A DNA stretch of 64,000 nt from positions 62,001 through 126,000 of the forward strand of contig JAUCBJ010007635.1 of assembly GCA_032718475.1 (NCBI GenBank). Direction: 5' to 3'. The first letter of the stretch is position 1. Every line of letters starts with the position of its first letter. This DNA is from Nemertoderma westbladi. Taxonomy: Eukaryota; Animalia; Xenacoelomorpha. The notes under the pieces were generated by a model, which worked only from the letters and a program-made list of their open reading frames with translations, was not told the origin of the DNA and made no database searches. Both the position numbers and the translations under genes were made by a program. Positions 43,546 to 53,400 of the stretch are shown here, piece after piece.

Positions 43546-46500
43546 ATGTCTGATACTAAACAGAACCTGTCAGACAGTTTATTAGATGTAACTATCTGCG
43601 ACTCAGATAGAGACGTACAACAGTCTGGTCGTAAATCCAGTTCACCTCCCACTGTGAGGAAGGTCATCCCTCCAGTAGTAATAACAGAACCTAGGCTAGT
43701 CCAACATCGTAGGTCTATCATAGGCACCCGGGCTCAGGTGAAGCGGGACAAACAAGCAGCGGAACAGCAACAACCCGCTAGTCAAGAACTTATTCCTCAG
43801 CGGCCCAGCAGCTCCAGTAGTGATGATACTGTAGAGTTGACACCCGAGCGCGGAGCAGAGATGACGGATGCGGTTTATACGGATCCCCTTCTCATCCTTC
43901 CTGCAGCCGTGCTCGCTGAGTTATTAATAGCGGTGGAAGAACACCAGATTGATTGGGCGAGAAGTCAGCGCTCAACGAGAGATAGTTATGCGGGGTATAC
44001 GAGTGAAGAACTGAAGTCTATTGTCGAGTCGCAATGGAACTTCCCCGGACCCGGACTCCCGTTTGATTTATCAGAAGCTGCCTGGGAAGACATACACCGG
44101 ATGGGAGTAGCCAAGGAAACCATCGATCCAGCTGTGTGGAAGAGGTCCGCAGCCGGATACGCACAGGGATTCTTCAGCTCTATGGAGCGAGTTGAAAGAC
44201 AACTGTTTCAACAACCTCAAGGACCTCAAGAGCAGGGATCGCTGCTTTATCAAGTTAGAGAAAGAGTTCTGCGGATTAGGCTAATCTTATCCGCCTTTGA
44301 GGAGGCTTCTAAACGAAGACAAGACACGTCGTTGCAAGTTGCCGTGAAGACTTGGTTTCAACGGGTGAGTCGCCAGGTTCAAGGAGCAGCTCAGTGGAAA
44401 GCTCAGTTGGAGGAGCGCTCAACCCATGGAGAATCAACAGACGCTACTTTTTCCCAAGTGGAAAGTGAAGCGACGGCAGAGAAACCACATAAGAAGGATG
44501 CCATTGATATCTATCTGTCAGACTATCAGCGTTTTGTGGGAGATGAAGAGTTGAGGAGAAGGCTAGAGGGACTTAGCCCTAATAGCGAAGGAGCCAAACT
44601 TGTGTTAGATGCGATTGATGTGGATAGGTTAGCGGCGAACCAAGCTAAATTCGATGAACAACTCCGCATCGTTAGAGAACAAGAAGAACAAGTAAAGAAA
44701 AAACGTATAGAAGACAGAAAGGCCGCAGCAAAAGCAGAGGCAGAGGCAAAAGCGGCAGCAGCAGAAGCAGCGGCAGAGGCAAAAGCAGCAGAAGCAGCGG
44801 CAGAGGTAAAAGCGGCAGCGGCAGAGGCAAAAGCGGCAGCAGCAGAAGCAGAACGGAAAGCGGCTGAAGAGATCGCCCAACTGGAGTTGGAAACGCTTCA
44901 AGAGAAGCAAGACGACTTCAGTAAACAGTTAACAGCTAGTAATATGCGGATGATGAATCGATCTACTCCCAAAAGACAGGGATATACATCATCTGAAGAA
45001 GGCGATACCACCGATACTGAAGGCAAAGGAAATAGATCTCGTCTAAGCAGACACAAAAGAACATTCCACCGGCAGAAATTGCCTGATTTGCCTCCAGCTG
45101 TTAGAAGGCAACTAAATAACACCAAAGTAGGTAGTACAGAGCCCGCAGACCAAATAATTAAAATAGAAAGACTCCCTACGATAGTAGATGAGCCTGAAAT
45201 AATTAGGCCTGTTCTTGAAATCACCCCTTCGGTGATAGACGCACATGTGCTCCCTGAAACTACCTCTAAATTCCCTCTGCATAGCACTAAGCTACCTGTG
45301 CCCCGCAGAACTGCCCAAGAGACAGTTCAGGTCCTGGACCCCGAGCGAAATATTCACAATTTGTCGCCCGTTGTCCCTCGTCCGCCCGCTACAACGTTGG
45401 CGACTCCCGCTTCGGCGGTCGAATGGGTGGACGAGAGACGGCGGGGGATGGATATCCTGCTCGGACAGATGCAGGAGACTGTCCAGCAGTTCAAGGGCAC
45501 AGTAAGGGAAAGTAGGCTAGAGTTGCAAGAAGTGCAGCAAAGTATCGCGCTAGAGCGCGATAAATTAGTAAACACCCAAAAGGGTATACCACCACCCTCT
45601 GTAACAATGTGTCAACCCGTTAGGTCTGAAGTATCTCATGCGCAAGGTGTGGAGCCTACACGCATTTATACTGCTAGCGAAGTAGAAACTCCTATAGTGA
45701 ACCCTATTAAGGGTAATTATAGACATGTTGATAATGATATCCCATATAGAACTGATCATAATCCGAGAAATTTATATACCGATAACTCGATATTAAATAG
45801 CACGATGGCCCAAGAAAGTTTTACGCGTCAAATGGCTAGAACCGAAGCCCGGCAAGCGGTAAAGGTTGGAGAGATCGTCAAGTTCAATGGAGATGAGATG
45901 AAGTGGTTACCTTTTAATGAATATTACAAAGATAACATACAGAACTCTGTACTATCTAATGGAGAAAAACTTAGATACCTCATCGAGTGCTTGGAAGGAT
46001 CTCCCAAGTTAATGGCGTTAAAGTTTATTGGACATCCAGACGGATTAAGACAAGTTTGGGATACACTAAACATCAGGTATGGTAATAGGACTAACATAGC
46101 TAGGTATTTATATGCGAAATTAATGGCGCCCCGAAAGTTTCTTAGCAGCGGGATTATAGAGTTTTCCGATGAGATTCAGGAGATCTGTAGACAACTAGAT
46201 TGGTTAGGTAAGTCTCATGAATACCAGAATTCTATGGTTGTAGGAGCCTTAGCATCTACTTTGCCCAAGGGTGGAGTAGGTACACGCTGGGACAAGAAGG
46301 TGTTATATATGATGGAACAACAACAACGAGACCCTACCATGACTGATCTCATGTCATTCTTAGATAGAGAAGTGAAATTACAGCTCCTAAGGCAGTCCAG
46401 AGAGAAGACATTGGAAAACAAGGTAAGTGAGAAACCCGTTTCTAGGAGAAGGGTAACACCAGTGTGTTATACCGACGACGGCGAAAGCCAAGTTTCTCAA

Positions 46501-46878
46501 GAAGAGGACAGCGGGAAAGACACTGAAAGATCTTACTATGTCAACAAAGCGTCAAAGGACGTAAGTAAATTTAAGTCTCGAACCAATGACAGGAGAGAAC
46601 AGGTTACTAAAACTCCTCCTACGTCTCCTAACAGAATTCACGGAAGAAAGCCCGAGGAAAGAACGAGAGTGTATAACCTTACCCAAGGTAAGGCGAGTAA
46701 CATCAAACCAAAATGTGCGCTGTGCGACAGGCCCCACCGTTTGAGTGTGTGTGCTGAATTCCTAAATCGTCGGTATGTTATACCGACGACGGTGAAAGCC
46801 AAACTTCCCAAGGAGAGGACAGCGGGAAAGACACTGACAGATCTTATTATGTCAATAAAATGCCTAAAGATCAGGTAA
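43546..46878 (+). CDS. BEL/Pao Gag of element B (frameshifted at its C-terminus)
   Basis: Ala/Glu/Lys coiled coil; Gag core EIVKFNGDEMKWLPF...KLRYLIECLEG...LNIRYGN; first knuckle CALCDRPHRLSVC; reads out of frame after about 46770. Confidence 0.85.
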   Translation: MSDTKQNLSDSLLDVTICDSDRDVQQSGRKSSSPPTVRKVIPPVVITEPRLVQHRRSIIGTRAQVKRDKQAAEQQQPASQELIPQRPSSSSSDDTVELTPERGAEMTDAVYTDPLLILPAAVLAELLIAVEEHQIDWARSQRSTRDSYAGYTSEELKSIVESQWNFPGPGLPFDLSEAAWEDIHRMGVAKETIDPAVWKRSAAGYAQGFFSSMERVERQLFQQPQGPQEQGSLLYQVRERVLRIRLILSAFEEASKRRQDTSLQVAVKTWFQRVSRQVQGAAQWKAQLEERSTHGESTDATFSQVESEATAEKPHKKDAIDIYLSDYQRFVGDEELRRRLEGLSPNSEGAKLVLDAIDVDRLAANQAKFDEQLRIVREQEEQVKKKRIEDRKAAAKAEAEAKAAAAEAAAEAKAAEAAAEVKAAAAEAKAAAAEAERKAAEEIAQLELETLQEKQDDFSKQLTASNMRMMNRSTPKRQGYTSSEEGDTTDTEGKGNRSRLSRHKRTFHRQKLPDLPPAVRRQLNNTKVGSTEPADQIIKIERLPTIVDEPEIIRPVLEITPSVIDAHVLPETTSKFPLHSTKLPVPRRTAQETVQVLDPERNIHNLSPVVPRPPATTLATPASAVEWVDERRRGMDILLGQMQETVQQFKGTVRESRLELQEVQQSIALERDKLVNTQKGIPPPSVTMCQPVRSEVSHAQGVEPTRIYTASEVETPIVNPIKGNYRHVDNDIPYRTDHNPRNLYTDNSILNSTMAQESFTRQMARTEARQAVKVGEIVKFNGDEMKWLPFNEYYKDNIQNSVLSNGEKLRYLIECLEGSPKLMALKFIGHPDGLRQVWDTLNIRYGNRTNIARYLYAKLMAPRKFLSSGIIEFSDEIQEICRQLDWLGKSHEYQNSMVVGALASTLPKGGVGTRWDKKVLYMMEQQQRDPTMTDLMSFLDREVKLQLLRQSREKTLENKVSEKPVSRRRVTPVCYTDDGESQVSQEEDSGKDTERSYYVNKASKDVSKFKSRTNDRREQVTKTPPTSPNRIHGRKPEERTRVYNLTQGKASNIKPKCALCDRPHRLSVCAEFLNRRYVIPTTVKAKLPKERTAGKTLTDLIMSIKCLKIR

Positions 46879-48767
46879 GTAAATCCGAGTCTCGACCCAA
46901 TGACAGAAGGGAACCGGTACAAAAAACCCTTCCTACGTCTCCTAAAAGAATTCAGGTGAGAAAGCCCGAGGAAAGAACAAGTGTGCACCACATAGCACAG
47001 GTTAAAGTAAGTAACATCAAGCCGAAATGTGTGCTGTGCGACGGGCCCCACCGTTTAAATGCGTGTGATAAATTCCTGAGGAAATCACTCGAGGATAGAC
47101 GTGAAGTCATGTGGAATAAGCGGTTGTGTTATAATTGCCTCAGACGAGGACACCAACGGCGAACCTGTAACTCCGACGCAAGGTGTGCAAAGTGCGGCGC
47201 AAAACATCATATCTTGTTGCACACGGAATTCGAACGAAACAGCTCGAGTCAGGTAAGTGAGTCCGAACTACATGTCCAATTCAGTGATGTGAACGACACT
47301 GATCAATCTGAGATGGAAGGATTCTATACGGACGAGTTCTCCGACCAAAACGAATCCTGTTACCTAATAAACACCACCGCAGTGTATCGAGCACTCATGT
47401 ATGAGAAAGACACAGACAGCGACCTTACCTTAACTACTTCCGATCAACAACCATCTTGGAAAGCGCCAACTTCCAATATAGGAATCCGAGAATTTCCTGT
47501 AGTCCAGTTACGGGTCCACGGACATCAGAATAGCTATATAGTGAGCGCCCTCCTGGACTCCGGTAGCACAGGAACATTCATCGATAAAGAGCTAGCCGAA
47601 AATATATTTGCTGGACAACCCAAGTTCCAAACTAAGCTCAACATGTCAGGCATTATGCAAGTTTGGAAATCTACAATAACAGCTGATTATTATGTCGGAG
47701 CGTTGTCCACCCCCCAGGACGAATTAGGAGAACACAGCATAAGGTCAGTGAAAATGGTGGCTATAAAGAACTTCGCTACTACTCAAGCAGACCTTTATGA
47801 TTGGGACGAGGATGAGAGCATCCAACATCTTAACATACCTCGATTCCAGACTGATTATCCTGGAGTGCAAATACTCATCGGCCAAAACGCGCATGAGGCG
47901 CTGGAGACATTAGAGAAACGACCTGCTCAACCGCAACCACTTCATACCTATGCGGTAAGAACTAGAGTAGGTTGGTACCTTACTGGACCTTCCCGTAGCA
48001 CGCTCAGAGAAAGACTGCTTCAAGATCGCGTCTGCCAGCGGAGTAAATGGGAAGATGATACTAGTGAGGGAGACGACCCAACTGAGGGAACACCATACTC
48101 CTCAGATAATGACGATATTAGCTCCAATTTAGATCAATGGAGATATTGCCCCAAGAAGTTTAATCCAGCGGACATCGCTTCCAGAGGAGTAACTCCTCAA
48201 GAACTGACAGATACTATGGACCGGTTAGGTGAACCCGACTTCCTGAGTAAGGAGAATGAATGGCCTCCCCATCTTACTCCGACTGAGATTAGACCAGCCA
48301 AGGGAGCGGAGAAAGTCGAACCTGAAACCCGGACGGGTGGATCGGAGTTATTTGAACCCGGGATAGATCTGTCGGTATTACATATTGCCAGGGACGACGC
48401 CGTGGATCTGGACCTCCCCACCGCGAGTGGACCCTTCATGAAGATCAAAGAGAGCGATTGGAGCTCTGGAACATCAGGCGTCTCGCAGGGACTCTCACCT
48501 CTCCTGCAGGGAGCGACGGACCACTATAGCTTCTGGAATCGGCTTTGTAACGCCGTCATATACTTAGAGCGATGTTTCTATCGTCACTATTCCAGGACGA
48601 AGAGGAAACCTGGAATTGTATTCGGGATGCAGCGACTCAATCACCCAGTCGGTCGTTTGTGTTTACCGGAAGGGAATGGAGGACTCTCCGGAAACTGTGG
48701 AAGGCAAGATTCTCTTCCCACGACCACCTCCCTAATCCTTCAAACATCTAGGGACTCCATAACGTAA
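46860..48767 (+). pseudogene. Gag knuckles + aspartic protease + remnant of deleted pol, element B
   Basis: CVLCDGPHRLNAC, CYNCLRRGHQRRTC, CAKCGAKHHILLH; protease LLDSGSTGT; TRVGWYLTGP is followed within about 50 aa by QWRYCPKKFNPADIASRG (end of RNase H region). No YxDD and no integrase DDE core. Confidence 0.88.
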
Positions 48768-49832
48768 CAACATATGGAGTGGGTGTGTGACTCGATTATT
48801 TTATATTATATTATTATTTTTATATTTATGTATGTATTACTATGTAATTCTATTATAATCGTTTTCTTTAATTTTATTCAGTAGAATGTTATTTTAGCGA
48901 TTATTTAGTAGATTAGTGCAATATATATTCGCGTTTATTACTTAATTACGTATATATTATATTAGTGCGACGGCGAAGAAATAATTATTTTTTCCCTTTC
49001 CTTACTGTCCGTATTATATTATAAATACGTAACTACAGTAAGAGGAAATGTCTGTACTTATTAAAGTACAATAAAGCCACTACTATATTTAAGTATTATT
49101 GGTAGGCAGAGTATTAGGAATGCAAAGTTCAGATCCTCGTGTCTCGGCTAAACCAAGCTCTGGGTAGACCTTGGAAACGACTTGCCTCTTCACACTGACA
49201 TTGCTTCGTGCGATATTGCTCTCATACCGTATATTAAATAATACATATAGTAGTGTGATGTCACTTTAACAGTAGCGTATAACGCAAAATAAATCTGTTA
49301 AACCCTTTGACCATCTGTAATTCTAGTCGATTAAGATATCGTGGCACCCACCGATATACTTGAAAGACAAATTATAGAATCAGTGGTTAACGTCCCCAGA
49401 CAAGTTCTGGAATAAATCGGTGCCCATCTCAAATATTAATTATTTAATATTTGCAAATCTAATAAGTCAAAATCTGTAAAATTCAGATCCTTTAACAATT
49501 CTAGTCAATTAAGATATCGTAGCATTTACCGATATTCTTAAAGAGACAATGTGCTTAGAATTAAGGATCTTGTGTCCCTAGACATGTTCTAGAATAGAAT
49601 TATGTCCATTTAATTATCAAATAATAAAATTTCAGGGAATCAATTTAAATTCATGCCTTTTAATGAATTTAATAAATTGCCATTTTTACGCAATTTATAA
49701 CATTCCCAAAATTCCATTAATTAATAGATCAAGGGAGCGGAGATTTATCTTATTATGCATATGAGTGTGCGAAAGTCTCCCAAACATAGTCAATAGCCGA
49801 TAAAATTCATAAAGTCATGTATAAAACAGAAC

Positions 49833-50258
49833 TGTCATGACAACCAATATGTGACGTCATACAATATTGCGGTGGACGGGTGTTGTAATTAATTTAATAT
49901 CATTTAAATTGTTAACCGTGCACAATGTGTCGTCACCCTTATGTAATACTGTTTGTATAGTGACAACTCCACATTCTGTACACCACAACATTCAATATCA
50001 GACCGTTAATTAACAATTAATTAAGGTCATGTTGATGCCTATGTGAATACTACAGATAAAAAGGCTTTGCCAGGTTTGGCAGAATGCACTCACTATCTTC
50101 CAAGCTCTGTCACTGTACATACAGTAGGGGCTTATTTACATGTTTAGTACAGTAGATTATTCTTAAGTTAATATAATCAATTAAAGTCATCTTTCAATTC
50201 ACTTTCAATTCATGGAGAGCGGCAATAACTTGGGCTTACTTACGCTACTTCTATGACA
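49833..50258 (+). repeat. 5' LTR of element C
   Basis: Identical by eye to 56553-56978. Confidence 0.97.
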
Positions 50259-50276
50259 TGGCGCCCGATAAGGGGA
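50259..50276 (+). promoter_or_regulatory. tRNA primer-binding site of element C (tRNA-Lys-like)
   Basis: TGGCGCCCGATAAGGGGA directly after the LTR; resembles the tRNA-Lys PBS TGGCGCCCGAACAGGGAC. Confidence 0.85.
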
Positions 50277-50491
50277 ATCCGACAACATCCAACAAAAATA
50301 AATCCGGGTGAGTTCTTCAATTTAAATCACACCGCTGCTCTGTCATTTATTATTCATATCAACTTACCTGAGTATCTCTGTCTACAGTACCAGTACGTTA
50401 CAAGTAGGGTACTGGCAATCCAACTTCGAACGGTTTCTGTCTCCTTCTCTTTTCATTCAACCAGGGTTCTCCCACCGCGACCAATAACCGT

Positions 50492-53400
50492 ATGATGAGT
50501 GAAGGAAACGATGACGATGCTCTCAATCTCATAAAGGAAAAGCGGATTCGAGGTGTTGTTCGCGGAAAGGTAACGCGATTGTTGAAGCATGTTGACTTAA
50601 CATCTCATCTCACTGATCTCACAACATGGATCGACGACTTAACCGATCTTAGGAAGAGGCTTGATGAGGCGGATCTCACGGTCGGATCATTTATGGACGA
50701 AGAGGATATGGAGGAAGACCTCGAGACACAAGATGAGTACCAAGTAAAAATACATAACTGTTTATCTCAATTAAAGCAAACTGTAAGTGCACCCTCAGGT
50801 CTTTCACAAAACTTGAATACTTCAACGTTCCCACGCACCAATCCCATATATAACTCAACCAATCAAAATACTTCTCTATCCTTTCTCCATTCAGGAGTTG
50901 AGGGTAGAGTACTAGCCCGATCAATGTTACCAAAGCTAAGTCCTCCCACGTATAGTGGCAATTTATTGCAATACAAGGGCTGGCATGAAGCCTTTAAGAC
51001 GGCAGTGGATGATGCTGACTTACCCGAGATAACAAAATTTCAGTATCTAAAACAAAGTTTGAGAGGGGATGCCCTCGACACAATTGGGGGTTTAGCTATT
51101 AATGGAACAAATTACGCAATAGGGCTTAAACTTCTCGAGGACAGGTATGGAAATCCTGACCAAATAATAGCAGCTCATATCGAGCAAATGCGATTAGCTG
51201 GCAAAACACAGCCGTCGCTGCGAAAGGTATATGATCACTGCCTTACTCATTCCCGGGCCTTAGAAGCATTGGGTGTAGCAATGCTTGAATATCAGCGTAC
51301 TGTTGTGCCAGATATTATTAGGGCAATCCCTAGCGGGATGGCCGAGGAAATGGTTCTGAAAAATGGGGGCAGGATCGGTGATTTGCAATGGCTGTTAGAT
51401 GAATTAGGCAAATATGTAACCGCAAAAGAGGCAATAAGAAATGCAATAAACCCCACAACTTCTGCCGCCACATCTCAACAAATACCCGCACCATCTCCAC
51501 AAAACAACCCCCCACAAAAGCATACTCGTCCCAACACACCTACAGTATCTAATTTTACTGTTGCGACAAAACAAGCTCCCAACAAGCACAAATATAGACT
51601 GGCCGCGCAGCAAGGGCAAGCACCATCAGATAGTCGTGTAATTCAATCAGCAATCAAGATACCAACTTGTGCATTTTGTAATGAAAGACATTTTTCAAAT
51701 AGTTGCACATATATAACGGAGCCTTCCAGTCGCCGACGTGTTTTGAATGAAAAATCACGTTGTACAAAATGCTTGGCAAATGGCCATATGGCAAACCAAT
51801 GTTCGTCTACGAAATTGTGTCATTTTTGCCAAAGCCCATCTCACAACTCAGCAATTTGTCCCAACTCTCGACGCATGTTATCAGGCAATTCTAACACCAT
51901 TCCTCCCGTGCCAGTCAGTGCAGTCGCTTGTGAAAGCAATGCAAATGCGGTTTCGTCAATGATAACACCTGTAAAGCAAATAAATCAAGATACCACATTA
52001 CAGACAGCTACGATTCAAGCATTTGATAAATCAAATAATATGTTTATGATAAACACTTTATTTGATAACTCGGCGCAACGCAGCTTTATCAGCAAGGCGA
52101 TTTGTGACGTCTGGAACCTTCCTGTTGTTGCTTCAGAAACACTCATAGCCAAAGGATTTCTGGGCAAAGGAAATCCGAAAGTCTCAAACGTTGAACAAAG
52201 ACATGATTTAGTGGAATTAAAATTAAAATTGCGTAACAATAAAGTCGCTACAATTAACGTACTTGTTACTGATGCAATTTGTGAACCAATCAACAATAGT
52301 GTCCCAGCTAATATGATCAGTGAAAGCAGGAAATTTAAGCATTTACCATTAGCAAATCCTAATGTTTCAAGCACAGATCCTTTCGATGTCGAGCTCCTTA
52401 TTGGAGCTGATTTATATTGGTCATTAGTTACAGGAAACATTTTGCGCGACCACGGCAATAGCTTGGTTGCTATAGAAAGTTGTTTTGGATATCTATTGAA
52501 TGGACCTGTTTGCAACAACTTTCAAACAACCTTCCAAGTAAACAATAACGACAAACCAGATCCCATAATTTCGGCTAGCTTATTGGTTCACAGTAACCAA
52601 CCAAGTCAGTGTGTCTCTGTCAATAACACAGAGACACAAATATTAACACTACTACAAAACTTCTGGTCCCTGGAATCCATTGGCATTTCACCAAAGGATA
52701 CCGCCCCAGAGATTGACTTAAAGATCGAGTTCATAGATGGGATTTATCAGGTTGCATTACCTTGGATTCGAGACGTTTCCTCTCTCCCACACCATTACGG
52801 ACGATGTGTGGCTCAGTTGAAAACTCTCCTGATCAAATTGATAAACACTGACTCGCTGCACAGCTACGATGACGTGTTTCAAGAACACTTTCGTAATGGT
52901 TACATTGAAAAGGTCGATATCAACAATTCTGAAAATACATTAATACATTATATCCCACATAGAGGAATAATTCGAGAGAATCACGGCACAACAAAACTCA
53001 GAATTGTATTTAATGCAAGTGCAATCGATCGCAACATTGGTATTTCACTAAATGATTGTCTACCATCTGGTCCAAATCAGTTACCCTTAATTTTTGATAT
53101 TTTACTGCGTCTCAGGACGTACCGCATAGCCCTGGTAGCTGATATCAAACAAGCATTCATGCAATGTGGCATTAAGCAGCGTGATCGAGATCTGCTTCGG
53201 TTCTTGTGGGTGAAAGATATAAACAATGTTGACCCACACAATCCAGATATTGTAATATATCGTTATACAAGAGCTATGTTTGGACTAACCGTTTGCCCAT
53301 ATGTACTAGGTGATATAATTAAATCACATTTAAAAGGTAAATTACCAAAAGTCACTAACGCCATGCATAGTGCAATAGACAAATTATTGCAAGATTTATA

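Noticed and set aside
46741-46880. Programmed ribosomal frameshift between the two element B ORFs
   Set aside because: No slippery heptamer is visible; the shift coincides with the 311-bp duplication junction, and BEL/Pao gag-pol is normally one frame.
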